Positions 40,771 to 51,243 are shown, counted from the first letter of the stretch. The stretch: DNA of 64,000 nt from Bacteroidota bacterium (GCA_040264895.1 JBDQHL010000003.1:72-64071); one strand, 5' to 3'. The notes: generated from the sequence alone by a model not told the origin. Numbers and translations: made by a program.

Positions 40771-41168
40771 AATTCTATCCTTTATTATTATACAATATAA
40801 TAAATGAAACGATGAAAATAGAATAAGGTTCTATTTAAATTAATTTTAAGAAATTCTAAGAATAATATCTACTTAATTAATACACTTGAACTTATTAATT
40901 TCAGTAGCTATTTCGGTATTACTCTTCTTGTTTTTCATTAATAGAGTTTCGATGAAAAAGGACTCCTAATGGCGTTAAGCCACAATATTATTATGCCTTA
41001 GGAAATAAAAATACAATTACTATTTGCTACACTCGTTTTTATTCTATATTTTAGAATTGCAGCATAATTCGACAAATCCAAAATGGATAAAACTACGTAA
41101 GTGTAATTGTGGAAAATTGAAAGTGCCTATAATGATTGGTGTGGATAATTCTCCCTTGCAATCAATAG

Positions 41169-41187
41169 GCAATTAATCTTTAATTGC
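41169..41187 (+). promoter_or_regulatory. Perfect 8-bp inverted repeat GCAATTAA-N3-TTAATTGC in the 560-nt nrdJ leader (candidate operator)
   Basis: Seen directly in the sequence; about 150 nt upstream of the nrdJ ATG. Confidence 0.25.
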
Positions 41188-41332
41188 ATCCACTTAGTTG
41201 TAATATTATTAAAAACTATAAATTGCCGAATTAGCCATTTATTCAAAAGTGAGAAACAGGTAAGTTTGTGATATCCCCGTGTTATGCTAAGTATAATCAA
41301 GTAGTTATTAATTTATTTTCAGGTGCCTCGAC

Positions 41333-44300
41333 ATGAAATTTTCTAGATATTTAACAAAAGAAGACAGTAGCGTATATGACTTGTTCAAATACACACATCG
41401 TGCGTCTTCAATAAAAAATCCAGATGGCTCTGCAGTTTTCGATATGAAAAATGTAGAAGTCCCTACAGGTTGGTCTCAGATGGCCACAGATATATTAGCC
41501 CAAAAATACTTTAGAAAAGCTGGTGTACCTCAGTTCGATGAAGACGGAAAGAAATTATTAGATGAAAATGGCGACCAGGTAACTGGCACTGAAAACTCTG
41601 TGAAGCAAGTTGTTCACCGTTTGGCTGGCACTTGGAGGCATTGGGGCGAGCAATATAACTACTTTGATACTAAAAAAGACGCTGAAATATTTTATGAAGA
41701 AGCTGCCTACATGCTTCTTAATCAATCGGCTGCACCAAACTCACCACAGTGGTTCAACACAGGTCTTAACTTCGCTTATGGCATAACTGGCAACAAGCAA
41801 GGTCACTACTATGTGAACCCAGATTCAGGTAAGATAGAAAAGTCGAAAGATGCATACACTAGACCTCAACCCCACGCATGTTTTATTCAGTCTGTTAGCG
41901 ATGACATGCTCAACGAAGGTGGTATATTTGATCTAATTACTCGCGAAGCAAGAATATTCAAATTTGGTAGCGGTACTGGATCAAATTTCTCACAAATAAG
42001 AAGTAGCGAAGAACCATTATCAGGAGGGGGGGTATCTTCTGGAATGATGAGCTTCTTGAAAATATTTGATAAAGCCGCAGGGGCAATCAAATCAGGTGGT
42101 ACTACAAGGCGTGCAGCAAAGATGGTAGTGGTTGATATTGATCACCCAGATGTAGAGGAATTTATAGAGTGGAAAGCGAAGGAAGAAGAAAAAGTTGCAG
42201 CATTAGTAACTGGTTCTAAGATAAATAAGGTTTTCTTGTCAGCGATCATGGAAGAGGCAATTACTAACGGTGCTGATGTAGAAAACAATAATGTATTGAA
42301 AGATTTAGTTAAGCGTGCTGTTCACCGTGGTGTTCCACTTAACTATATCGATAGAGTTCTTGATTTAGTAAAACAGGGATTCACTTCTATTGATATAGAA
42401 GAGTATGACACTCACTACGAGAGCGAAGCTTACAACACAGTTAGTGGTCAAAACGCTAATAACTCTGTCCGTGTTACTAACGACTTTATGAAAGCTGTGG
42501 AAGCTGACGAAGAGTGGGAACTGAAGTGGAGAACTGATGAAAAACGCACAAGAAGACTAAGAGCAAGAGACCTATGGAACAAGATTAACTTATCAGCTTG
42601 GAAATCGGCTGACCCAGGTTTGCAGTATGATACTACTATTAACGAGTGGCACACTTGCCCAGAGTCAGGCAGAATTAATGCTTCTAATCCTTGTTCAGAG
42701 TATATGTTCTTAGACGATACTGCTTGTAACTTGGCGAGTTTGAACTTAATGAAGTTCTACAACGAAGAGACAAGCGAGTTTGATATAGAAGGTTACAAAC
42801 ACGCAATTAGAGTTTGGACTGTAATATTAGAAATCTCTGTGCTAATGGCACAGTTTCCATCGAAGAAAGTAGCTGACTTGAGCTATAAATTCAGAACATT
42901 GGGTCTTGGATATGCAAACATTGGTACTTTACTAATGGTGAATGGTATTCCTTACGATTCGCAAGAGGCGTTGGCTTGGACAGGTGCTCTGACTTCTATC
43001 TTATGTGGTCAGGCATACACAACTTCATCTGAAATGGCGAAAGAACTTGGTACTTTCCCAGAATATGATTTGAACTCTAAGCACATGCTAAAAGTTATCC
43101 GTAACCACAGAAGAGCTTCTTATAATGTTAAGACTTCAGAATACGAAGGCCTAACAATCAGACCTCAAGGTATAGATACAAGATTCTGTCCACAAGATAT
43201 GTTAGTAGCGGCAAGAGAAGTGTGGGACAACGCACTAGAAATGGGTGAAAACCACGGTTACAGAAATGCACAAGTAACAGTTATTGCTCCTACTGGAACT
43301 ATTGGTCTGGTAATGGATTGTGATACTACTGGTATCGAACCAGACTTTGCAGTTGTAAAATACAAAAAATTAGCTGGTGGTGGATACTTCAAGATTGTAA
43401 ATCAATCAGTAAGAAAAGCATTAGTTAAGCTAGGTTACACTGAAACAGAAATAGAAGAAATTGTAAAGTACAGTAAAGGTCATGGTACTTTGGTAGGTTG
43501 CCCAGCAATCAACAAAGCTACTTTGATGGAAAAAGGATTTACTGAAGAGAAATTGAAATTAGTTGAAGACCAATTAGACGACGTGTTTGATATTAAGTTT
43601 GCATTCAACAAATGGACATTGGGCGAAGACTTTATGATGAAGTTGGGTCTTAGTGACGAAGAAATTGCCGACTCAAATCTGAACATATTAGGTGCTATTG
43701 GCTTCACGGCTGAAGAGATAGAAGAAGCAAACGACTATATATGTGGTACAATGATGATAGAAGGTGCACCGCACCTAAAAGAAGAACACCTACCAATATT
43801 CGACTGTGCTAATAAGTGCGGTAAGAAAGGTGAGAGATCAATTTCTTACATGGGTCACGTTAAGATGATGGCAGCGGCTCAACCGTTCATCTCTGGTGCT
43901 ATCTCTAAGACTGTGAATATGTCTGGTGACGCATCTGTAAATAATATAAGCGAAGTGCACATGAAGTCATGGAAACTGATGTTGAAAGCAATTGCTCTTT
44001 ACAGAGATGGCTCTAAACTTTCACAACCATTGAACTCAGCTAACTATGACGATATGGACGAAGTAGTTCTATTAGGTGATGAGACTTCGCTTGATGAAAC
44101 ACTTGGTGCTAAAGAACTACACGAACACAGAGAAGGCAAATTGGTTCGCCAATCTCAAAGATACAAACTGCCTAAGAGAAGAAAAGGTATAATCAGAGAA
44201 GCTACAGTTGGTGGGCACAAGATATTCTTAAGAACTGGTGAGTACGAAGATGGCCAATTGGGTGAAATCTTCATAGATATGTACAAAGAAGGTGCTGCTT

Positions 44301-44851
44301 ACCGTGGAATGCTTAACAGCTTCGCAATCTTGGCTTCCAAAGCATTACAATATGGTGTGCCATTGGAAGAGCTTGTTGATACATTCACTTTCACTAGGTT
44401 CGAACCAGCTGGCATGGTACAAGGTCACGAAGCGATTAAGAACTCTACATCTATCTTAGATTATGTATTCCGTACTCTTGGTTATGACTACTTGCAGAGA
44501 AATGACTTAGTACATGTGTTCGACAATGATGCAGAAAAAACTGAACTGAACACTGATGCTGCTGCGCAATTGCAAGATATTGAAGCAAGGGGCAACGACG
44601 GTAATGAAGGCGATCAGCCAGATGAAAAAGATATTGCAAAAAACAGATTAGACAGCCATTCTACTTTGAAGCTGAAAGCAGTAACAACTAACACTAAAAG
44701 TGGTGGTAACGCAAGAACTGCTGAGCTAAAAGAAGCAATGAGCTTGGGCTACACAGGTGAGATGTGCTCTACTTGTAGCTCATCGCGAGTGAAGCGCAAC
44801 GGTAGCTGTACGGTCTGCGAGGACTGCGGCACAACGAGCGGCTGCTCGTAA
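41333..44851 (+). CDS. nrdJ: Adenosylcobalamin-dependent (class II) ribonucleotide reductase NrdJ, long form with a C-terminal Cys-rich Zn-ribbon tail
   Basis: '[22 protein letters not shown]' class II active-site region; C-terminus '[27 protein letters not shown]'. Confidence 0.9.
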   Translation: MKFSRYLTKEDSSVYDLFKYTHRASSIKNPDGSAVFDMKNVEVPTGWSQMATDILAQKYFRKAGVPQFDEDGKKLLDENGDQVTGTENSVKQVVHRLAGTWRHWGEQYNYFDTKKDAEIFYEEAAYMLLNQSAAPNSPQWFNTGLNFAYGITGNKQGHYYVNPDSGKIEKSKDAYTRPQPHACFIQSVSDDMLNEGGIFDLITREARIFKFGSGTGSNFSQIRSSEEPLSGGGVSSGMMSFLKIFDKAAGAIKSGGTTRRAAKMVVVDIDHPDVEEFIEWKAKEEEKVAALVTGSKINKVFLSAIMEEAITNGADVENNNVLKDLVKRAVHRGVPLNYIDRVLDLVKQGFTSIDIEEYDTHYESEAYNTVSGQNANNSVRVTNDFMKAVEADEEWELKWRTDEKRTRRLRARDLWNKINLSAWKSADPGLQYDTTINEWHTCPESGRINASNPCSEYMFLDDTACNLASLNLMKFYNEETSEFDIEGYKHAIRVWTVILEISVLMAQFPSKKVADLSYKFRTLGLGYANIGTLLMVNGIPYDSQEALAWTGALTSILCGQAYTTSSEMAKELGTFPEYDLNSKHMLKVIRNHRRASYNVKTSEYEGLTIRPQGIDTRFCPQDMLVAAREVWDNALEMGENHGYRNAQVTVIAPTGTIGLVMDCDTTGIEPDFAVVKYKKLAGGGYFKIVNQSVRKALVKLGYTETEIEEIVKYSKGHGTLVGCPAINKATLMEKGFTEEKLKLVEDQLDDVFDIKFAFNKWTLGEDFMMKLGLSDEEIADSNLNILGAIGFTAEEIEEANDYICGTMMIEGAPHLKEEHLPIFDCANKCGKKGERSISYMGHVKMMAAAQPFISGAISKTVNMSGDASVNNISEVHMKSWKLMLKAIALYRDGSKLSQPLNSANYDDMDEVVLLGDETSLDETLGAKELHEHREGKLVRQSQRYKLPKRRKGIIREATVGGHKIFLRTGEYEDGQLGEIFIDMYKEGAAYRGMLNSFAILASKALQYGVPLEELVDTFTFTRFEPAGMVQGHEAIKNSTSILDYVFRTLGYDYLQRNDLVHVFDNDAEKTELNTDAAAQLQDIEARGNDGNEGDQPDEKDIAKNRLDSHSTLKLKAVTTNTKSGGNARTAELKEAMSLGYTGEMCSTCSSSRVKRNGSCTVCEDCGTTSGCS

Positions 44852-44871
44852 GAGTTTTGATGATAATTATA

Positions 44872-44905
44872 ATCCCTGTTCTGAAAAGAATGGGGATTTT
44901 TTTTT
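44872..44905 (+). terminator. Rho-independent terminator of nrdJ (11-bp stem, GAAA loop, T9)
   Basis: 'atccctgttctgaaaagaatggggattttttttt'. Confidence 0.7.
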
Positions 44906-45210
44906 GGGTGAGCGAAAAATTGTCGTCGGAACTGTCCTCCGCTGCGTGTGAAGCCAAAGGCATTAGCGGAGGTGTCTTTTGCTAAAAAGCAAAAGACGGA
45001 GGTGGACGAAGAGCTGTCATTGCGAGAAATATCAGTTTACTGATATTTTGTGGCAATCTATCTTGTTCAAAGCAGACAGCCGCGCTACGCTCGCTGTGAC
45101 ATTTTATTCCTCCTCAGTCAGAAACAAGTTTCTGCCAGCTCCTCCAGAGGAGTAGAAGAGCTCAGACATAAACAATACGCCTCTACGATAAAATAAAACA
45201 AGCCCGACTA

Positions 45211-45513
45211 TTATAATTCTAACTTGTTCTTGTCTTTTCTATTAGAGAAAAAGGAGAGTATAATTATTTCATCATCTTTTACAGTATAATACATTGTATT
45301 ATATTTTAATATTACAGCTCTTCTTATGTGAGGTAGTTCCTGACTTGATAGATAAAGCTCTAGTTTGTCAGCAATTAAAGTAAGTATATGTTCTAGTTTT
45401 TGAACTAATCGACGAATGACTGAATCGGGGAAACTCTTTTCTAAATAGGAAATAGTATCTTCTAGTTCTGCCTTAGCATTATTTGTCCAGCTGACTTTAT
45501 AACCATTTTTCAT
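45211..45513 (-). CDS. Type II toxin-antitoxin system RelE/ParE-family toxin
   Basis: 100-aa basic protein with a RelE/ParE-like profile; 17-nt overlap with the upstream small acidic partner gene. Confidence 0.7.
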   Translation of the reverse strand: MKNGYKVSWTNNAKAELEDTISYLEKSFPDSVIRRLVQKLEHILTLIADKLELYLSSQELPHIRRAVILKYNTMYYTVKDDEIIILSFFSNRKDKNKLEL

Positions 45514-45730
45514 ACAACTTCTTTACTTCTGAGTTAGAAATAGTATTATTATTGTCCAAATCGTTTAAGCCCTTTTTGATAGAAGTCTTTTCGGACTCGG
45601 AAATTTCACTCCACCAGTCGCTGTCTAACTTATTGCGTAAGGCAAGTAAATCAGAGATAATACTTTCATCTTTCAATGAGGCTAACCATTGAATCAATTC
45701 GACTTTTGAGTTTGATAGATTGTTATTCAT
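45497..45730 (-). CDS. Putative antitoxin / addiction-module component paired with the RelE/ParE toxin
   Basis: 77-aa acidic protein immediately upstream of the toxin gene and overlapping it, the classic TA arrangement. Confidence 0.5.
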   Translation of the reverse strand: MNNNLSNSKVELIQWLASLKDESIISDLLALRNKLDSDWWSEISESEKTSIKKGLNDLDNNNTISNSEVKKLYEKWL

Positions 45731-45869
45731 AATATTATATATTCATACATTACAAAACAGTTGTAGTCCAATATAACGAATAGGGATCTAAATACTTTAT
45801 TCTATTCACAATACTTTTCATTTAATTACTTATATTCTAATAGCTGAACACCATCAAACCCAAAACTAA

Positions 45870-47294
45870 ATGAGAATATTACTAACAGGAGCAACAGGAT
45901 ATATAGGCAAAAGATTGCTACCCCTGTTAGTAGAAGATGGGCACCATGTAGTTTGTTGCGTAAGAGATAAAACTCGATTCAACTACCCAGACTCGTTAGA
46001 AGAAAACATATCAATCGTTGAGATTGATTTGTTAGAAGAAAAGTCACTCTCAGCAATTCCCAACGATATTGATGTTGCTTTTTACCTAGTCCACTCTATG
46101 TCATCTTTTGACAATTACAAAGAACTGGAGAAGCAATCAGCGCAAAACTTTAGAAATAGATTAAGCAATACAAATGTAGAACAAGTAATCTACCTAAGCG
46201 GTATAACAAATGAATCTGAACTATCAGAACACCTGCAATCAAGGAAAAATGTTGAAGATGAATTAGAAAAAGGTGATTATAATTTTACTTGTTTGCGAGC
46301 TGGGATTATAGTTGGTTCAGGAAGTGCCTCGTTTGAAATAATTCGTGATTTGGTTGAAAAGCTTTTTATTATGATAGCACCAAAATGGCTACAAACTCGC
46401 TGTCAACCCATTGGTATATCGGATGTACTTACTTTTTTAAAGAAGTCAATAGGACAAAAAGAAACCTATAATAGAAATTTTGACATTGGTTGTTATGATA
46501 TACTAACTTATGAAGAGATGCTTTTGCAATTTGCCGAAGTTCGTAATCTGAATAGAACTATCATTACAGTACCTCTGATGACTCCACGCCTTTCATCTTA
46601 TTGGTTATACTTTGTAACATCCACCTCATACAAATTAGCTCGTTCACTAGTTGATAGCATGAAAGTGGAAGTAGTTTGCAGAAACCATGATATTAATAAA
46701 ATACTGAATGTAGAACCAATATCTTTCAAAGAGGCCATCCAAAATGCGTTTAAACGAATAGAAGACAACAATATAGTTTCTAGCTGGAAAGACTCATTTG
46801 CAAGTAGTGGCATTGATTTCAACATTACGGAATTCATAAAAGTGCCAGAACACGGAACGTTTACAGATGTGAAGACTTTTGATATAGATGATAGAGAAAG
46901 AGTAACTCAGAATGTATGGCAAATAGGTGGAGATAATGGCTGGTACTATGGTAATTGGCTATGGGAGATACGTGGTTTGATGGATAAATTTGCTGGAGGT
47001 GTTGGTCTAAGAAGAGGTAGAACAAGCCCCAATTCCCTATCTGCAGGCGATGCTTTAGATTTTTGGCGTGTCCTTTATGCTAATAAAAAAGAAGGTAGGC
47101 TTTTACTATTCGCAGAAATGAAATTGCCAGGTGAAGCATGGCTAGAATTCAAAGTTGATGATAATAAAATTACACAAACAGCTACATTCAGACCACTGGG
47201 TTTAATTGGTAGAATGTATTGGTATTCAGTATTGCCTTTCCATGGATTTATATTCAAAGGGATGTTGAGTAACATTAAAGACAGGAAAGATTAA
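45870..47294 (+). CDS. NAD(P)H-binding atypical SDR (NmrA-like) fused to a DUF2867-like C-terminal domain
   Basis: 'MRILLTGATGYIGKRLL' Rossmann N-terminus; long C-terminal extension. Confidence 0.6.
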   Translation: MRILLTGATGYIGKRLLPLLVEDGHHVVCCVRDKTRFNYPDSLEENISIVEIDLLEEKSLSAIPNDIDVAFYLVHSMSSFDNYKELEKQSAQNFRNRLSNTNVEQVIYLSGITNESELSEHLQSRKNVEDELEKGDYNFTCLRAGIIVGSGSASFEIIRDLVEKLFIMIAPKWLQTRCQPIGISDVLTFLKKSIGQKETYNRNFDIGCYDILTYEEMLLQFAEVRNLNRTIITVPLMTPRLSSYWLYFVTSTSYKLARSLVDSMKVEVVCRNHDINKILNVEPISFKEAIQNAFKRIEDNNIVSSWKDSFASSGIDFNITEFIKVPEHGTFTDVKTFDIDDRERVTQNVWQIGGDNGWYYGNWLWEIRGLMDKFAGGVGLRRGRTSPNSLSAGDALDFWRVLYANKKEGRLLLFAEMKLPGEAWLEFKVDDNKITQTATFRPLGLIGRMYWYSVLPFHGFIFKGMLSNIKDRKD

Positions 47295-47417
47295 ATCTCT
47301 AAATTCTAATTTATTATTAAAATTATTCCTTATATTTGTTCATCTCTCTTAGTTCTTTTTACCTCTCTCATTTTTTATAAAATTAACAAGCTGAAAAATT
47401 GCTTAATCATTATAAAA

Positions 47418-48485
47418 ATGAATAACCTCCACAGAATAATACATATTGATATGGATGCGTTTTTTGCATCAGTTGAACAAAGGAACAACCCTAAACTAAG
47501 AGGCAAGGCAATAGCTGTGGGTGGTGGCCACCGAGGAGTTGTGTCAGCAGCTAGCTATGAAGCAAGAAAATTTGGCGTACGTTCTGCCATGCCATCTCAT
47601 CAAGCCAGAAAGCTATGCCCACATATTATTTTTGTTCGGGGGAACTATCAGGCTTATAAAGAGGCTTCTGATAGAGTAATGAAAGTTCTTAAATCCTACA
47701 CAAATAAGATTCAGCAGGTTTCTATAGATGAAGCATACATTGATGTCACTGATTACAAACCAAATGAGATGACAGCAAAAGAGATAGCTATAGAGATAAG
47801 AAGAAGAATAAAAAAAGAGGTAAACCTAACTGCATCAGCAGGCATTTCATTTAATAAATTCTTAGCCAAAGTTGCTTCTGATTGCAACAAGCCAGACGGA
47901 TATTATGTTATCCATCCAAATAAAGCAGACAAATTTGTTGCTCAGCTGGAAGTTGAAAAGATACCAGGTGTTGGCAAAGTGAATAAAGAAAAATTAAACT
48001 CTAAGGGGATGTATATTGGTAAAGATATATTAGATAAAGGAAAGGTCTATATGGCTCTAAACTTCGGAAAGATGGGAGTATACCTTCATGACCAAGTCAC
48101 TTTTAAGTACTTTAGCCCAGTTGTGAGCAAAAGACTAAGAAAATCAATTGGCAGGGAGAGAACATTTGCAGACAATATAGATGACCACCACGAAATGCTA
48201 AGCAAGCTTTATGAGATTTCTAAAAAAGTAGCAAGTGATATGGAGAAAAAAAAGTTATCAGGTAGAACAGTGACTTTAAAAATAAAGTATCATAATTTTG
48301 TAATCAAGACAAGAAGCAGAACACTCAATGATTATATTTCCTCAAGTAATGAGATCTATGGAATTATTTCAGAATTACTTATGATTCCAAATTATCCTGA
48401 AGAGCCGGTTAGACTGCTAGGAATACAGATATCAAACTTAGATAATATAAAACCAAGCAGCTCACAACTGCACATAGAGTTTTAA
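47418..48485 (+). CDS. dinB: DNA polymerase IV (Y-family)
   Basis: 'IIHIDMDAFFASVEQ' and 'SIDEAYIDVT' are the Y-family catalytic motifs. Confidence 0.9.
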   Translation: MNNLHRIIHIDMDAFFASVEQRNNPKLRGKAIAVGGGHRGVVSAASYEARKFGVRSAMPSHQARKLCPHIIFVRGNYQAYKEASDRVMKVLKSYTNKIQQVSIDEAYIDVTDYKPNEMTAKEIAIEIRRRIKKEVNLTASAGISFNKFLAKVASDCNKPDGYYVIHPNKADKFVAQLEVEKIPGVGKVNKEKLNSKGMYIGKDILDKGKVYMALNFGKMGVYLHDQVTFKYFSPVVSKRLRKSIGRERTFADNIDDHHEMLSKLYEISKKVASDMEKKKLSGRTVTLKIKYHNFVIKTRSRTLNDYISSSNEIYGIISELLMIPNYPEEPVRLLGIQISNLDNIKPSSSQLHIEF

Positions 48486-48495
48486 ATTATATTTA

Positions 48496-48536
48496 AAAAC
48501 AGCTTAGTTATTTAGATTGGCTAAGCTGTTTTTTTA
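48496..48536 (+). terminator. Rho-independent terminator of dinB (AACAGCTTAG...CTAAGCTGTT plus T-run)
   Basis: 'aaaaacagcttagttatttagattggctaagctgttttttt'. Confidence 0.7.
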
Positions 48537-48682
48537 TTAGCATTTATAAATATCTGATTCTATTATTCTTTTGAGAAACCAACACATCATCACAAAAAAA
48601 GTCAATTTATTGTAATTAGTTTCGTTCTTAGTTAAATTGTGAAATTGAATTAAATACATTAACAAATTAATAAACAACTTAG

Positions 48683-49342
48683 ATGAATTTAATATTTTTA
48701 GGCCCTCCGGGAGCTGGTAAAGGAACACAAGCAAAAAAAATATGTGAAAAGTATGACCTAACGCAAATAGCGACTGGTGATATACTTCGCGAACATTTGA
48801 AAAATGAAACTGGACTTGGTAAAAAGGCAAAAGAATTCATTAACGCTGGTAACTTAGTTCCCAATGATATCATAATAGACATGATGAGGTACGAAATTGA
48901 AAAAGCTCGTGGGAACAGCAGTGGAATACTATTAGATGGGTTCCCTCGGACTATTGCTCAAGCTGAAGCATTGGATGAGTTAATGAGCGACTTGAATGAT
49001 AAAATCAATCTAGCTATTGTTCTGAATGTTCCTAATAGTGAACTTATGGAAAGGTTAACAGGTAGAAGAGTCTGCCCTAAGTGTGGTACTTCTTATCACG
49101 CTAAGTTCAATCCTCCTGTAAATGATGGTATATGTGACAATGACGGTGAAGAGTTAATCCAAAGAAAAGACGACAATGAGGAAACTGTTAGTAATAGATT
49201 AAAAGTTTATGAAGAACAGACCAAGCCAATAATTGAATACTATACAAAACAAGATATAGAGCACAATATAGATGGTGTAGGTTCGGTTAATGATATATTT
49301 AATAAAGTTAGTGAAGCAATTAACAACACTGTAAGCAGCTAA
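48683..49342 (+). CDS. adk: Adenylate kinase (long form with Zn-binding LID)
   Basis: 'LIFLGPPGAGKGTQA' P-loop; LID 'CPKCGTSYH...'. Confidence 0.9.
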   Translation: MNLIFLGPPGAGKGTQAKKICEKYDLTQIATGDILREHLKNETGLGKKAKEFINAGNLVPNDIIIDMMRYEIEKARGNSSGILLDGFPRTIAQAEALDELMSDLNDKINLAIVLNVPNSELMERLTGRRVCPKCGTSYHAKFNPPVNDGICDNDGEELIQRKDDNEETVSNRLKVYEEQTKPIIEYYTKQDIEHNIDGVGSVNDIFNKVSEAINNTVSS

Positions 49343-49346
49343 TATA

Positions 49347-50501
49347 TTGGCAAATAAAGAAAAAATATCGTGTCTTTACTGTCAGTCTGAAAATGTTATA
49401 AAACATGGTAAGACTAGATCAGGCGACCCTAGGCTAAGGTGCAAGGATTGCTCCAAAACTTGGGTAAAAGGTATAGTTATACATAATAAACCAGATATTA
49501 GTACAGTTGCTGAATCATATTTACTTGGTCACTCTGTTCGTGATTTAGTCCCTTTTTATAAGAGCTCACCACATAGAATAAATACAAAAATTAGAAACTA
49601 CCTTTCCAAAACTCAGAGCTGGGAGGACTTTTTAGATAAAAGTTCGGAAGTTAGAAACGCTGATGTGGTTTACTTGCAAGGAATTCGTTTCAATTGCTCT
49701 TATAATTCACCTGAAAATAATGAAATGTATATAGCATTTGCCATAGAAGGACTATCATCGAACATTATTGGGTTTGAAATTGCTGAGGACAACACTGAAT
49801 TAGTCTGGTCAAATTTAATTGACAGATTGAAAAACAGAGGCTATAAAGTAAATACATTCCTAACTAGAGATATAAAAGCAATAGAAAAACCAGTAAATCG
49901 CAATTTTGAATCTGCAAAAATAAAGCTTTACCTGCATAAGCTAAACAGAGACAAAGAAATGGAGCACAAATGCTGTCTACTAGAGAAGAAAACTCTGAGA
50001 GATAAGCTAATAGATGATGCTCTAAAATTTTACTCTAAACTAGATAATCAATCATACTCTTCTTACTTAAAGAACAGATTTGATATGGATTTGAAATCAT
50101 GCATTAATAAGGATTGTGACAGATTCTTTGAATGTATGATGAAGAACTGTGGTAAAGAATCGGATGCTAGACTTGAACAATTGCTCGAGGATTTTAATGA
50201 GCGATTTGGGAAATTTCACGCATTAAAAACAAATCCTTACCCAATTGTCAACGCTTGGGTGGGGCTTCATATGCTTAGACCAATGGAATGTGGATTTACA
50301 CGCTATTCACTTTACAACCAAGTTCCTTGTAAATGCTCTTTCAGTTGTTTTGCTAGTAACCACAATGAAGAGCAGTGCGAATTTATACCTAATGAAAGAC
50401 AACTAAACAGCTTTGCTAACGAAGTCACAATCAGAGCTCTACACTTACCTATAGAATCGACTGTACGTGGAAGATTCAAACTACAGTTAAAGAATCTATA
50501 A
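49347..50501 (+). CDS. IS1/IS1595-superfamily transposase-like protein: InsA-type zinc ribbon + HTH N-terminus, catalytically degenerate DDE-like core, Cys-rich C-terminus; TTG start 4 nt after the adk stop; no IS terminal repeats
   Basis: 'CLYCQSENVIKHGKTRSGDPRLRCKDCSKTW' matches the IS1 InsA zinc-finger pattern C-x2-C...NGK-S/T-x2-G-x-QR...C-x2-C-x-KTW. The following segment aligns with the IS1 InsB/IS1595 DDE core, but the D/E positions read Y/L/Q. Confidence 0.5.
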   Translation: MANKEKISCLYCQSENVIKHGKTRSGDPRLRCKDCSKTWVKGIVIHNKPDISTVAESYLLGHSVRDLVPFYKSSPHRINTKIRNYLSKTQSWEDFLDKSSEVRNADVVYLQGIRFNCSYNSPENNEMYIAFAIEGLSSNIIGFEIAEDNTELVWSNLIDRLKNRGYKVNTFLTRDIKAIEKPVNRNFESAKIKLYLHKLNRDKEMEHKCCLLEKKTLRDKLIDDALKFYSKLDNQSYSSYLKNRFDMDLKSCINKDCDRFFECMMKNCGKESDARLEQLLEDFNERFGKFHALKTNPYPIVNAWVGLHMLRPMECGFTRYSLYNQVPCKCSFSCFASNHNEEQCEFIPNERQLNSFANEVTIRALHLPIESTVRGRFKLQLKNL

Positions 50502-50711
50502 GCTTGATTTAATTCTCATCTTACAATCTATAAAATTAATATCTCTTAGATAAATAATATACTGCATATTGATATTAAGATTACAAGTGAAATTCATTTA
50601 AATCGATATTTTATTTGAATTATAATTAGTTGTTTATTAAATTAATTCCTTGTATGAATCAAAAAATAGATAAAAAAGATATTATTATCCTCATATCTAT
50701 TATTTTTTAAT

Positions 50712-51185
50712 ATGGCATTATTATCTAAATCATGTGTTTACGGCATAAGAGCCTCAATTTATATAGCTTCGGAAGCGGTAGATAACTATATATCTATTAG
50801 TAAAGTTGCAAAAGATCTGAATTTATCAGCTCACTTTCTCACAAAAATATTGCAACAGCTCACTAATGAAGGTCTTCTACTTTCGCACAAAGGTCCAAAA
50901 GGTGGAGTAAAATTTTCACAGGACACTAAAAATATTTCGTTGTTTGAGATAATTTCAGCAATAGATGGAATGAGCTTATTTGACGAATGTGCTTTGGGGT
51001 TAGAGGGATGTGGCATTTACAAACCCTGCCCACTTCACGACACCTGGACTGTCCACCGCAAAAACCTGAAAGAATTATTCGAGCAAGAGAGCTTAGCTGA
51101 CCTGGCCAAAAACGTAAAAAGTGCCGGTCTTAGGTTACGAACACTAAACCAAGAAGAACTACTTAACATGAAGAATAAAGGATAA
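50712..51185 (+). CDS. Rrf2-family transcriptional regulator with IscR-like cluster ligands (C-x6-C-x5-C-x2-H)
   Basis: N-terminal wHTH 'YGIRASIYIA...ISKVAKDLNLSAHFLTKILQQL'; 'DECALGLEGCGIYKPCPLH'. Confidence 0.8.
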   Translation: MALLSKSCVYGIRASIYIASEAVDNYISISKVAKDLNLSAHFLTKILQQLTNEGLLLSHKGPKGGVKFSQDTKNISLFEIISAIDGMSLFDECALGLEGCGIYKPCPLHDTWTVHRKNLKELFEQESLADLAKNVKSAGLRLRTLNQEELLNMKNKG

Positions 51186-51217
51186 AAAAAAACCGAGCCA
51201 CCTAGCTCGGTTTTTTC
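51185..51217. terminator. Bidirectional rho-independent terminator between the Rrf2 gene (+) and yceI (-): CCGAGC...GCTCGG with A8/T6 flanks
   Basis: 'aaaaaaaaccgagccacctagctcggtttttt'. Confidence 0.65.
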
Positions 51218-51243
51218 ATATTCAATCTCTGCTTACCAGTTGC

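Noticed and set aside
40771-41332. Cobalamin riboswitch upstream of nrdJ
   Set aside because: No B12 box (GCCACTG) or other conserved cobalamin-riboswitch core; class II RNR genes are not typical B12-riboswitch targets.
44769-44963. 64-aa minus-strand ORF spanning the nrdJ terminator
   Set aside because: Runs through a rho-independent terminator hairpin and the GC-rich structured island; Ser/Arg/Pro-rich nonsense translation.
48537-50711. Intact IS1-family insertion sequence around the transposase-like gene
   Set aside because: No terminal inverted repeats or direct target duplications on either side; gene abuts adk with a 4-nt gap and TTG start; DDE catalytic residues not conserved. Treated as a domesticated gene instead.
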